Shown piece by piece: positions 46,035-55,525 of a stretch of DNA of 62,768 bases. The stretch's first letter is position 1. The number at the start of each line of letters is the position of its first letter. Source of the DNA: a virus (lineage: Duplodnaviria > Caudoviricetes); the IMG/VR virus record IMGVR_UViG_3300027852_000042, positions 1-62,768 of that record. The stretch is one strand, 5' to 3'. The notes beneath the pieces were generated by a model. The model ran no database searches. It saw only the letters and a list, made by a program, of their open reading frames with translations, and was not told the origin of the DNA. A program made the translations under genes and the position numbers.

Positions 46035-46231
46035 GCTTAATGTGTAAGATTTTTAAACATAAATATTTTGTTTATGCCAAACCTAAAGAGTCTTTTCTTC
46101 GTGGAACAAGGTGGCTGAAGTGCGAAAGGTGTAATAGGGATTTCATAATTAATGATAGTGTGAGGGTTTTGTTGCCAATGGACTTTGAAATGATGGATAT
46201 GCATGAATGGGAAGCCGTTGAAGGGAGGTAA
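46031..46231 (+). CDS. Small zinc-binding protein (DUF1660-like)
   Basis: L.CK.F.HK...KC.RC. Confidence 0.55.
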   Translation: MSLMCKIFKHKYFVYAKPKESFLRGTRWLKCERCNRDFIINDSVRVLLPMDFEMMDMHEWEAVEGR

Positions 46232-46233
46232 CT

Positions 46234-46689
46234 GTGTCTCAATACGTCCCAAATGAAAAATATTTTTCAATAAAAGAGTTTGTTCCAGAGAGCCTTCATA
46301 TTTCCTGCAAGGCTTTAGGTAGTATCGCTTTTTTGTGGCGACTGTTTGACAATAGGATTCTTAAGGCCGTAACGGCTTTAAGGGGTGTGTATGGCCCTGT
46401 TTACCTAAATACGTGGTCAATACATAGCCAACCCTCAAAGTTTAACTACCGTGGTTTTCGTGGGGCTGAATGTAGGATTGGTGGAGGTTTTTCTCAGCAC
46501 AGATTTGGTAGAGCGTTAGACATGCACTTTAAAGACGTTGAGGTTGATAATGTAAGAGAGGATTTGATACATGGCAGGGTCGTAAGAGATGGCCTTGAGA
46601 ATATTACTGCCATAGAGAAAAGTGTAAATTGGTTACACATAGACTGTAGAAATTGGGACGCAGAAAAGAATGGCATTTTCCTTTTTTAG
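46234..46689 (+). CDS. Peptidase M15-family endolysin
   Basis: YF...E, LR...GP, GFR, SQH..GRA.D, WLHID.R. Confidence 0.8.
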   Translation: MSQYVPNEKYFSIKEFVPESLHISCKALGSIAFLWRLFDNRILKAVTALRGVYGPVYLNTWSIHSQPSKFNYRGFRGAECRIGGGFSQHRFGRALDMHFKDVEVDNVREDLIHGRVVRDGLENITAIEKSVNWLHIDCRNWDAEKNGIFLF

Positions 46690-46702
46690 AAGTGTTTAGA
46701 CT

Positions 46703-46894
46703 ATGAAAAAAACAACGATTTATTTGACTAATATGGAATCAAGGGCTCTTGATTTTTTGTCTCGCGAAACAGAACTAAATAAGTCAGAGATAATTAGAAG
46801 AGCTATAGATGAATACCTAGAAAGGGTTTTAGAGCACCATGGGTACAGTGAAACCAAAATCACTGGGAATTTTAGCCTTAGACCAAGCTTCTAG
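46703..46894 (+). CDS. CopG/ribbon-helix-helix DNA-binding protein
   Basis: MK.TTIYL......L..L......KSEIIRRAIDEYL. Confidence 0.85.
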   Translation: MKKTTIYLTNMESRALDFLSRETELNKSEIIRRAIDEYLERVLEHHGYSETKITGNFSLRPSF

Positions 46895-47327
46895 TTGTGG
46901 CTGGGCTCTACAAACTAGAGGAACAAACAGCCATTCTGGTGTTAAGAAGTTCTTTATAGACCGTGGCGAATCCCCTGGAATGAGGTTTCTTAGGTTTAGG
47001 TCGTGGCTCAATCAAATGTATAGGCTTGCAAGTAATGAGATAGATGTCATAATATATGAAGCCCCCCACCATAGGGGTGGACATTCAACCCAGGTAGCCT
47101 ACGGATTTATTACCGAGATATTGTCCTTTGCCGCAGATCGTGGAATCGAAACTATGAAACCGGTTCACACTGGAACCTTGAAGAAGTTTGCCACCGGAAA
47201 GGGTAATGCAGGAAAGGAAGAAATGATTCTTGCTGCTAGGCGTATGGGGTGGGACGTTGAAGATGGTAATGACGATGAGGCGGACGCTATTTTAATGTTG
47301 GAATATGCGAAGAAAGAATTGGGGTGA
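46839..47327 (+). CDS. RuvC-like Holliday junction resolvase
   Basis: ILALD....GWA, IIYE, LKKFATGKGNA.K..M, D.EADA. Confidence 0.85.
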   Translation: MGTVKPKSLGILALDQASSCGWALQTRGTNSHSGVKKFFIDRGESPGMRFLRFRSWLNQMYRLASNEIDVIIYEAPHHRGGHSTQVAYGFITEILSFAADRGIETMKPVHTGTLKKFATGKGNAGKEEMILAARRMGWDVEDGNDDEADAILMLEYAKKELG

Positions 47328-47337
47328 GCTTAAAACA

Positions 47338-48009
47338 ATGTTACCTGTTGCATATGTTGAGGCAAGAGATATTCCCGATGCATGGTTTCAGTGTGTGTCA
47401 AAAGTTTTAGATGTTGGGTTTAAGTATCAAGTTCAACATGGGTCATATGTTGGTCAAACTAGGTTGGAATTCGATTGGATTACGGTTCAAATCAATTATC
47501 CTTATTCTGAGCCTTATGACACAATGTTACCGGAGATTCCGGTACAGTTAGGAATTCCTAATCCGGTGTCCCCGGGGTATATTGCAGCCTACCTGTCCTA
47601 TTTGATGACTGAGCATAAAGAACCCAACGAAGATTATACGTATGGCTCAAGAATTTGGCATCAGGTGCCACGCTTTATTGAATTACTGAAGAACACACCG
47701 AATACTAATCAAGCTGTTTTGCAGGTGGCTCAAGTTACCGATCACGCGCTCAATGATCCTCCCTGTCTTCGACATATAGACATCAGGATTAAAGATGGAG
47801 CATTAATATTCTATCCATACTTCCGATCGTGGGATTTGTGGGGAGGGTTTCCGGCAAATCTTGCCGCAATTGCTGTGTTGCAAAAGTATGTGGCCGATGG
47901 AGTTGGTGTTGATAGTGGACCGATTATAGCATCAAGCAAGGGTCTTCATGTCTATGGGTATGTTGAAGATCTTGCAAGAATCAGGTGTTATAAATATGGG
48001 GGGGGATAG
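47338..48009 (+). CDS. thyA: Thymidylate synthase (short, archaeal-like ThyA type)
   Basis: YTYG.RI, PPCL, FRSWD...G.PAN, HVY; probable start ATG 47338. Confidence 0.85.
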   Translation: MLPVAYVEARDIPDAWFQCVSKVLDVGFKYQVQHGSYVGQTRLEFDWITVQINYPYSEPYDTMLPEIPVQLGIPNPVSPGYIAAYLSYLMTEHKEPNEDYTYGSRIWHQVPRFIELLKNTPNTNQAVLQVAQVTDHALNDPPCLRHIDIRIKDGALIFYPYFRSWDLWGGFPANLAAIAVLQKYVADGVGVDSGPIIASSKGLHVYGYVEDLARIRCYKYGGG

Positions 48010-48010
48010 T

Positions 48011-48283
48011 ATGGTGGACATGGACTTTGGTGGGATAATAAAGCCGAAATACGATAAGGTCAAAACCGTAAAGGGTGTTAAGTATTACATAATTTATCGT
48101 TGGTGGGAAGTCGTAATATTAAGGGTTGTGAAGGCTGCACAAAAAGGTATGTGGTTCTGTGGTATCGCCTGGCATGACCCTGTTTTCGGTGAGTGTACAC
48201 CCGACTTTAATTGTTGTTGTAACATTGGTAGAAAGGCATGGATTAAGTTTTCACAGAAATCGGTGGTTAATCATGGAAAATGA
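48011..48283 (+). CDS. Hypothetical protein
   Basis: Probable start 48011; GECTPDF.CC motif. Confidence 0.55.
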   Translation: MVDMDFGGIIKPKYDKVKTVKGVKYYIIYRWWEVVILRVVKAAQKGMWFCGIAWHDPVFGECTPDFNCCCNIGRKAWIKFSQKSVVNHGK

Positions 48284-48806
48284 CCCAACAGTTCTTGGCC
48301 CAGAAGATTACTCAAGTAAGCTACCGGCCACCATAACTGAACAAGAAAGACTTTTTATGGAAGGGGTGCAAGACGGACTAAGTATGCCCCAGGCATGGGT
48401 ACAGGCCGGGTTTGAGTCTGAGAACAGAATAGATGCAGCAAGAAAGGCCAGGAGATTATTTAGGGAGATCACAAGGGACTCTATGGAGTTGGCTAAAGAG
48501 TTTCTTTTGGATGACATATTTCTCTATGGTCAACTACGGTTCCTCATTGTTTCTGCTACTAATGAGAACGCCAAGGTCAGTGCCTTAAAACTAGCTTTTG
48601 AGGTTAGAAAACTTCTTTCTGCAAACTACCAAACCGGTAAAAACATTTTAATCATAAGAAACGAAAGAGAAACCAAGGTTCAAATGGATGATGGCGCAAT
48701 AATAGACATCACCCAGATTAAAGAAGATGCTGTTTCTACCAAACCTCAACTACTACTAGAGGAAGAAGGTAGAAACGTGCCGGAGGAATCCGAAGATGCT
48801 ATCTGA
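48273..48806 (+). CDS. terS: Terminase small subunit
   Basis: T.QE.LF......G.S..QA...AG HTH; overlaps the start of the large terminase; probable start 48273. Confidence 0.65.
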   Translation: MENDPTVLGPEDYSSKLPATITEQERLFMEGVQDGLSMPQAWVQAGFESENRIDAARKARRLFREITRDSMELAKEFLLDDIFLYGQLRFLIVSATNENAKVSALKLAFEVRKLLSANYQTGKNILIIRNERETKVQMDDGAIIDITQIKEDAVSTKPQLLLEEEGRNVPEESEDAI

Positions 48807-51099
48807 TAAAATAGAACTATCTAAGTCACAGGAAAGATTTGCTTTTTCAGATGCCGTGGTAGTTGTTATATATTCCAACACCGGTGAAGGTAAAACGTAT
48901 GCTGGTGTTATTGCCATGTTGATACATGCCAGTAGGTGTGGTAGGCCAATTAACTGCGCCATTGTAAGAGATACCCATGAAAACATAAAACTTAGCCCCG
49001 TTAGAACAATTCAAAGGGCCCTCGATGGCATAAATCCACCAGCAAAAGATGGAACTCAAAACCTATACACCTTCAAAAACGATTACAAACAACTTACAAT
49101 TCACACTCATCCAGCTATTATGGTTGATTTGTTTGGGATAGATGACCCAGCAAGTCTTTCAAGACTTCAGGGGCCTGAATATGACCTTATCTGGTTAGAG
49201 GAACCCGCCCCAATGGTATCGAAAGTAAATGCAGGATTAAGCGAGGATGTTTTTAATGCGGCTCTAGTTAGGGCCACGAGGGGTACTGCTGGTAAGTTTA
49301 ACCGACTACAGATAACTATGAATCCGGCAGAAGATACACATTGGACATTCCGTAGGTTAATAGATTGTGACCAAATCGATCCGGATAACCCTCTCATTAC
49401 TAAAGAGGTTATTAGGATACCGTATGGTGAGAATAGATTTGTTTCAGAGGTTTCAAGGCAGGGTGTAAAGGCTGCATATAAAGATGATCCAGATTCGTAT
49501 AAGAGATATGTTGGCGGAGAATTTACTGAAGTATATGGAGGTATAAAAGTTTCCCCAGATTATGTTGGTGATATCCATAGAAGTAAAGATTTTCTTTACC
49601 CTTTAGATGGTTTACAGGGGTTTAGGGGGTGGGACGGATGGACAAACCCATCTTGTTACGACATTAAAACGAAGATATTAACGAACAATGGATGGAAACA
49701 TTACTCGAACTTCGATAAGAAAAGTGATTTGGTTTTAACTCTAAACCCTGATACCAGAATTATAGAGTATCAGGAAGCCACGGGCGTTATAGTCAAACTA
49801 TTTACCGGTCAGATGTGTCACTGGAATAACAAGAACTATGATGTGAGGGTTACGTTTGACCATGATATGTGTCATGATCAAAAGGGTAAAATAGATTTTG
49901 TCAAGGCATATGCATACGAAGAGTATGTATTGCCTGGGAGTGGCATTTGGCCTGGCAATATAAAAAAGGGAATGAGTGATATTCTGGGTGACGTTTCACC
50001 CGTAGATTTCTGCGCGTTTTATTTTATTTTTATGAAATATGGTTTTTTAAGTTCATTCGAAGTAGGAATTAACTCTAAGGTCACAGCTCTTTTTGACAAA
50101 CAAAAAGATAGTATAGATGATTTTTTATCTCGCGTTGGTGATTCACATTGGGATGGTTTATGTTGGTGGGTAAGGGTGTCTGACACAATGTTTGATTTTT
50201 TAAGACGGTCGAGGGCAACCAGTGATTTTATGCCCAGTTGGCTTGAAGATATGCCTGGGGATGCAATAGGGGCTGGTTTATATTTTTCTAACAAGTTTTC
50301 TGAGGCTAATGAATCACGACCACACTTAGAGGGAAGGTCTACTGGGTTAACTATGAAGTCATCGAGACGTAAGGGGGCCGAACTTAGGGGTGATTTTCTT
50401 TCTACACAAGAAGTATCTGAGGAAAAAGTATGGTGCATCTCCGTTCCAAACAGGATTATAGCTGTTCAAAGAAATGGTCCTCCTGTATGGAATGGCAACT
50501 GTATCTTGGGCCAAATAGCTCACAACGGAAGATTGACCTTTCTTGATTCGGTAAGAATATCTAATTCAGATGTCGGTGTTTTGATTAATTCTAAGGTAAA
50601 TCCCCTCCTGCAATCTCCTCGATGGAAAGGTAAGTGTAATGGTTGGAGGGATATTGGTGATGTTTCAATGAAAACTCCAGATCAAAGTAATAGGGAAGAA
50701 TCGGCCTCTAGGGTTGTAGAGGCCGAATTAGATACTTACTTTGAATGCGGACCTAAACATTGGACGTACTTAAAGAAGGCTGTTATTCGGGCTCTAAACA
50801 TGTCTATCCAGGGTAAGCCAGCCATTTGTCTAAGTTCGCGAGAGAAGCTTTTACATGCTGCCTTACGTGGTGGTTGGCAATATAAGACCGATCATTCCGG
50901 AAATATAGTAAGTGGTATCCCGGATAAAAATGAACATAGTCATATTGGAGATTGTTTTGCAAACCTTGTTAGCGTTTTATTGCCGGGCACAAATTTACGA
51001 AGCGCGAAAAGAGAACAGTTGCGTAAAATGAGTGCTCGGGGTAGGAAAAGGGCTGCATCCTATAGTCAAGGAGGAAGCCAAAGGAAGATAACTTTGTAA
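48796..51099 (+). CDS. terL: Terminase large subunit containing an intein
   Basis: Walker A G.GKT, Walker B IWLEE, TMNP, nuclease motifs RGWD and KN.HSH.GD. Confidence 0.9.
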   Translation: MLSDKIELSKSQERFAFSDAVVVVIYSNTGEGKTYAGVIAMLIHASRCGRPINCAIVRDTHENIKLSPVRTIQRALDGINPPAKDGTQNLYTFKNDYKQLTIHTHPAIMVDLFGIDDPASLSRLQGPEYDLIWLEEPAPMVSKVNAGLSEDVFNAALVRATRGTAGKFNRLQITMNPAEDTHWTFRRLIDCDQIDPDNPLITKEVIRIPYGENRFVSEVSRQGVKAAYKDDPDSYKRYVGGEFTEVYGGIKVSPDYVGDIHRSKDFLYPLDGLQGFRGWDGWTNPSCYDIKTKILTNNGWKHYSNFDKKSDLVLTLNPDTRIIEYQEATGVIVKLFTGQMCHWNNKNYDVRVTFDHDMCHDQKGKIDFVKAYAYEEYVLPGSGIWPGNIKKGMSDILGDVSPVDFCAFYFIFMKYGFLSSFEVGINSKVTALFDKQKDSIDDFLSRVGDSHWDGLCWWVRVSDTMFDFLRRSRATSDFMPSWLEDMPGDAIGAGLYFSNKFSEANESRPHLEGRSTGLTMKSSRRKGAELRGDFLSTQEVSEEKVWCISVPNRIIAVQRNGPPVWNGNCILGQIAHNGRLTFLDSVRISNSDVGVLINSKVNPLLQSPRWKGKCNGWRDIGDVSMKTPDQSNREESASRVVEAELDTYFECGPKHWTYLKKAVIRALNMSIQGKPAICLSSREKLLHAALRGGWQYKTDHSGNIVSGIPDKNEHSHIGDCFANLVSVLLPGTNLRSAKREQLRKMSARGRKRAASYSQGGSQRKITL
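49654..50499 (+). mobile_element. 282-aa intein in TerL with a degenerate endonuclease region
   Basis: N-terminal CYD..T.ILT.NGWK, block B VT.DH, C-terminal VWCISVPN....V.RNG...W.GN followed by Cys+1. Confidence 0.9.
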
Positions 51100-51323
51100 T
51101 GGTAAAACTAGAAACGAGTGGACATAAGGCGTGGTGGCCGATGCTCCAACAGATTAGTAAGGGGGTATCTATTGAATGTTATAGAAACATGGATACCGGG
51201 GAAGAATATGTTTCGGAGAAAGGTTGGAACGGGGAACCCCCATCTGGCGGATCTGGTATACAGATTTCGATGAGTGCAAATAAAAAATATTTAGATGGAT
51301 ATGATAAAATAAAATGGGATTAA
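51099..51323 (+). CDS. Hypothetical protein
   Basis: 74 aa; N.KY..GYD.IKW motif. Confidence 0.6.
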   Translation: MVKLETSGHKAWWPMLQQISKGVSIECYRNMDTGEEYVSEKGWNGEPPSGGSGIQISMSANKKYLDGYDKIKWD

Positions 51324-51335
51324 TAAATATTTTTC

Positions 51336-51365
51336 TTGACATTTTATATCTTATTGTTTTTTAAT
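51336..51365 (+). promoter_or_regulatory. Possible sigma70 promoter for the head genes
   Basis: TTGACA-18 bp-TTTAAT in an AT-rich gap upstream of the portal gene. Confidence 0.5.
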
Positions 51366-51401
51366 AAAAAAAACAGTTTAACTTTTTGGGGGTTAAAATA
51401 G

Positions 51402-53288
51402 ATGGCCATAATAGACCCTGTCGATATAAAAAAACGGATTGCCGAAATAGCTTCAGAAACAAGTTCCAAGAGGTTTGACGACCAAGAACTAGGCGAACGA
51501 GAGGAAGCTGCGACAAGATATGCTGGAGAAAATGAGAAACACTTTGTAGACTATTGCTACGATAACATTAGGGTCTCGACTTCAAGCATGACCGAAGTTA
51601 GGGCTGCCCAGAAAGAGTGTTTAGCTGTTTACGAGGAAAGGGAACCAGATTCCTTTAGTGACAAAGAGTTTTGGCAAACAAAAGCAACCATACCTAAGCC
51701 ACATAGTGCTGTTCAGTATGCTATGTCAACAATTAAAAAAGCTTTCCCATCAAATTTCTTTACCATAGACAGCGAGACCCGCCCATCTTATGCCGAATTC
51801 TGGAAAACCCTATTAGGCCATTATCTCGGAAGAGACAGAGCTAATTTTGGGTTGAAGTTTTCTGATGCCACTGGAATGGGTTTTGCAATCGGACAAAGCC
51901 TTGAAATAATTCCAAGGTGGGACAGTAAAACTGGGTTGTCTATTGTTTTGGTTGAGCCATGGAAAATTCATCGAGACCCTGAAGCTATCCCAAGGGAACC
52001 CCAATCCGGACTGTATTGGATACATCAAGAGTTTTTAGATCTGTTTGTTTTGAAGAAATCTGAGGAGCTTGGACGGTACACTAACATAAGCAAGGTATCT
52101 GATTTTTGCAGCAACAATCCTACCGAAAATAAAGATTTAACGGAAGAGGAGATTGCCAGGCGAAAGCAAATGATTTGGACTAAATCGTCCTTTCGTAAGT
52201 CTGTATTGACCTCTGAGTTTTGGGGGACCATCCTTGATTCAAGGGGTGATCTTTTGTTGCCGGATGCAACTTATACCATTGCTGGTGTTAATGTTATTAA
52301 GATCCCAAAAAGAACACCTTTCAAATCTATGAGGTGGCCCGGCACGTCTTTTAGTCCATTACCACATTTTACTAGATATGAAGGTAGGGGACTTCTTAAT
52401 GGTGTTCTTTCAATTTGGTATCTCATGAATAATCTTCTCTGTTTACATGCAGACAACTTAAATTGGGCGGTTAACCCAATGACAGAGATTGTCCTTAATT
52501 CTCTAGTTGATCAAGATGATATAGACTCATATCCAGGTAAGCAAGTTCTGGTAAAGGAATCAATAAATGGTCAACAGGTAATTAGAGACGTTGGCAGTAG
52601 GTCAAGCACAAACGAAGCTCTTGCTAACCTACAGTTTTTTGATCAATCGTTTCAAAGGGGATCATATGTGACTGATGCCGTTCAGGGGTTACCTGGATAC
52701 CGAAAAGAAATTACGTTGGGAGAATTTGAGAACAATCTTAGTCAAGCACTTGGTGTATTTTCATTAATTGGTGACACACTTGAAAGCGCGGCTATATGGG
52801 TAATCAAAGCTGCTTCGGAGACGATAAGGTTAAATGTTGGATTTAAAGAGTTGCTGGAGATATTTGATCCGGAGGTCGTAACAGCCTTATATGACAGTCA
52901 ATCTCCCAATAAGGTTGGATTACCTCCACTAAGTGGGGCTATCTCTGTTGGTGGTCTTTCTTCTGTAACAAGAGAAAAGGAAATACTCAGGGCTATCTTT
53001 AATTACATTCTACCATTGTTCGACAATGATGTGTTTAAGCCATATTTAAAGCCATACGAGGTGTTGTCTGCTATTATAGAAAAATCAGACTTAAAGGCGG
53101 AGGGATTAATAATAAAGCCAGAAAAAGCTATGCCAATAGATGACGCTCAACAGGGGGTTCAAGAAGAGAATATAGGTAGTGATGACGCAAGAGCAATGGA
53201 AGAACATGAGGCAAAATTGGCAAACTTTGATGTACAGAAAATGGCCGCACAGAATAAACTTCGGGAGGTAGGTAATGCCAGAGTATGA
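51402..53288 (+). CDS. Portal protein
   Basis: 628 aa, directly after terminase; V.PW.I..DP.A, G.GL......N......DN....VNP motifs. Confidence 0.8.
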   Translation: MAIIDPVDIKKRIAEIASETSSKRFDDQELGEREEAATRYAGENEKHFVDYCYDNIRVSTSSMTEVRAAQKECLAVYEEREPDSFSDKEFWQTKATIPKPHSAVQYAMSTIKKAFPSNFFTIDSETRPSYAEFWKTLLGHYLGRDRANFGLKFSDATGMGFAIGQSLEIIPRWDSKTGLSIVLVEPWKIHRDPEAIPREPQSGLYWIHQEFLDLFVLKKSEELGRYTNISKVSDFCSNNPTENKDLTEEEIARRKQMIWTKSSFRKSVLTSEFWGTILDSRGDLLLPDATYTIAGVNVIKIPKRTPFKSMRWPGTSFSPLPHFTRYEGRGLLNGVLSIWYLMNNLLCLHADNLNWAVNPMTEIVLNSLVDQDDIDSYPGKQVLVKESINGQQVIRDVGSRSSTNEALANLQFFDQSFQRGSYVTDAVQGLPGYRKEITLGEFENNLSQALGVFSLIGDTLESAAIWVIKAASETIRLNVGFKELLEIFDPEVVTALYDSQSPNKVGLPPLSGAISVGGLSSVTREKEILRAIFNYILPLFDNDVFKPYLKPYEVLSAIIEKSDLKAEGLIIKPEKAMPIDDAQQGVQEENIGSDDARAMEEHEAKLANFDVQKMAAQNKLREVGNARV

Positions 53289-53571
53289 TAGGATATCCCC
53301 ACTTTCTTTAGACGTTATAGTTGGGAAGCCCAAAAAAACAAAGGAGCCTATACGAAGGGAAGAGTATCGAGATATTATACAAGACCTTACAGCCGATGGA
53401 GGTGTGGTTGTAAGACACGTAATAACTGCTTACGTTAAAAGGGTAGAGGAGTTGGCAAAACAAGATATTGCTTGTTGTACCTATATGAGCATATTAGAAC
53501 CCATTAAAAGGGAAATTAACCTTGGAGAAGCAATAAGAAGGAGCATGGAAAAAGAAATTCTCTCCAAATAA
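53275..53571 (+). CDS. Hypothetical head-block protein
   Basis: 98 aa between portal and scaffold; GGAGGT RBS. Confidence 0.6.
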   Translation: MPEYDRISPLSLDVIVGKPKKTKEPIRREEYRDIIQDLTADGGVVVRHVITAYVKRVEELAKQDIACCTYMSILEPIKREINLGEAIRRSMEKEILSK

Positions 53572-53573
53572 AA

Positions 53574-53625
53574 AGATCGCCCCCAAGGGATACCGATCTA
53601 AACATGGCCCCGTAACGGGTACGCC
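53574..53625 (+). promoter_or_regulatory. Tandem bulged RNA hairpins in the scaffold leader
   Basis: AGATCG-CCC-ccaa-GGG-atac-CGATCT and GGC-CCCG-taa-CGGG-tac-GCC just before the RBS. Confidence 0.55.
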
Positions 53626-53642
53626 GAAAAAAGGAGAATAGT

Positions 53643-54521
53643 ATGGGTGACGATATTCAGGAAGTAGACGAACTGTCTCTTGATGATGCATTAGAGAAAG
53701 CAAGAAACGCTCATGTGGTTGTCGATATCATCGACAACGATGACCCCCCAATTAAAGATGATGATGTGGTGCTTGACCCACCTGTAGTAGATTCTGATGA
53801 TGATACGCTGGCTTTTAAGCCTAAGTATTCTTCTCATGAAGAAGCTGAGAAAGGTGTTAAAGAAGCCGAAAGGGTTATGCATGAGACAAGAATTGAAAAC
53901 AAGCGGCTAACCGAAAGGGTAGAGGAGCTTGAGGCTATGGACCGTGAAGGTAAGGATACTGATATTTCTGATCCTGAACCTCCGGACCTTGTTCAAGAGA
54001 CTGTTTTAGATACAATTAAAACCATAAACACACTAGACGTTACGGACCCAAATTACGATAAAAACGTTGCTGAATCGTGGTCTAACTCAATAAAAAAAGC
54101 GGTTGAAACGGCAGTTTCCGATGTTGATAAAAAGTTAGATGATCGGTTTAAGCAGGATGCATCCGCCCGAGAAGAGGATCAAAACATTACAAGAACAAGA
54201 ACCTTGGTTTCCAAGAAAGTTAAGGATGCCGGGTTAAATGGTGATAAGAATTCTCTTGACATGAAATTGTTTTGGATGTGCTCTGAAGAGGCTGTCGGTT
54301 CTACGTTAGGTGAACAAATAGATAATACTATTAACCTTGTAAACAGGGTTAAAGCCGATGTGTCTAAACCGTTTTTAGAGTCGCAACAACTTACTGATGA
54401 GCAACGAGCAGAAAATGAAGTTTTGGGTCTTAGTGGCAACCTTCCTGATGTTGACGATGAAAAAGAACATAAGCCCTTATCGTTCGATGATGCATTGCGT
54501 AAATCTGAACGGAGAATATAG
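53643..54521 (+). CDS. Capsid scaffolding protein
   Basis: Acidic coiled coil with KY.S.EEAEKG.KEA motif, immediately upstream of the capsid gene. Confidence 0.75.
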   Translation: MGDDIQEVDELSLDDALEKARNAHVVVDIIDNDDPPIKDDDVVLDPPVVDSDDDTLAFKPKYSSHEEAEKGVKEAERVMHETRIENKRLTERVEELEAMDREGKDTDISDPEPPDLVQETVLDTIKTINTLDVTDPNYDKNVAESWSNSIKKAVETAVSDVDKKLDDRFKQDASAREEDQNITRTRTLVSKKVKDAGLNGDKNSLDMKLFWMCSEEAVGSTLGEQIDNTINLVNRVKADVSKPFLESQQLTDEQRAENEVLGLSGNLPDVDDEKEHKPLSFDDALRKSERRI

Positions 54522-54532
54522 TGAGGTGAAAA

Positions 54533-55498
54533 ATGGCACCATTTAATTGGGAGTTTGATAGTGATATTGGTGTGTATAAGAACCGGTATCTTAGCGATAA
54601 GATGTTGGTTAGTTCTTTGGTCGAGACTAAAATAGTCCCATTCACGTCCAAGGTTGAGGGTTTTGGAAAGCAACAGGGTGAGTGGGTTAATATTATGCAC
54701 GTAAACGAGCTTCCCCAACCGGCTGACGCTAGGCTCGATGAGGAAACCAGAATTCCTATCGATAAGATAACTTACGGGGAACGTCCCATTAAGGTGTATG
54801 ACTGGGGCCGTGGGTGTGAGTACACAGATTTGGCTGTTCAGTTGGGTAAGTTCGACCCGGCAAGTGTTATTCAAAAGGCCTTAATGCGACAGATGAATGG
54901 GGCAATGGATACGGCTGCCGCCGATGCTTTTCAGAACACTGATGTAAAAATTTGTTTTGTCCCTACTGCTGCGGATGCCGGTACTTTTTATACTACAGGG
55001 AGTCCTGGTGGAGCGGCTGCCGCAAGTAACATTACCTTTGTTCATATGGGTATATTGGCAGATTACCTGTCAGGCGATATACATTGTCCTCCGTATACTG
55101 GTGAGGACTATATAATGTTGTCATGCCGAAAGACTCTTAGGGGGTTAAAGTCTGATTCCCTTTGGCAAAATGTTCACCTGTATCTGCAAAAGGGAGATCT
55201 TTTCTTCAAGGGAGAAAACGGTAAGGCCGAGAATATACGGTGTGTCCAGGTTGACAGGGAGGAGGCAATCAGTAACACTGCCGGAGCCTCTGCTGTGCTT
55301 GGAGATGCAATGGTGTTTGGTGATGAGGCTGTAAGTAGGGTTGAGGTTATGACACCTCAGCTTTTTGCTGATCCCAACTACCAAAGTGATTTCGGTCGAA
55401 CAAAAGCCATTGCATGGAGAGGTATTATTTCGTTTGCGTCCACATGGAATGTTGCCGATGACAGGAAAGCCAAGGTAATCCGGATAACAAGTACTTAA
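54533..55498 (+). CDS. Major capsid protein (HK97 fold)
   Basis: 321 aa; G..V.I, L.E, DFGR...IAW motifs; follows the scaffold gene. Confidence 0.85.
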   Translation: MAPFNWEFDSDIGVYKNRYLSDKMLVSSLVETKIVPFTSKVEGFGKQQGEWVNIMHVNELPQPADARLDEETRIPIDKITYGERPIKVYDWGRGCEYTDLAVQLGKFDPASVIQKALMRQMNGAMDTAAADAFQNTDVKICFVPTAADAGTFYTTGSPGGAAAASNITFVHMGILADYLSGDIHCPPYTGEDYIMLSCRKTLRGLKSDSLWQNVHLYLQKGDLFFKGENGKAENIRCVQVDREEAISNTAGASAVLGDAMVFGDEAVSRVEVMTPQLFADPNYQSDFGRTKAIAWRGIISFASTWNVADDRKAKVIRITST

Positions 55499-55525
55499 TC
55501 AATCCGGTAAATAGGAGGTAAAATT

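Noticed and set aside
47338-48009. dCMP hydroxymethylase (modified cytosine system)
   Set aside because: Has the dUMP-specifying Asn, and no glycosyltransferase, kinase or DNA polymerase accompanies it
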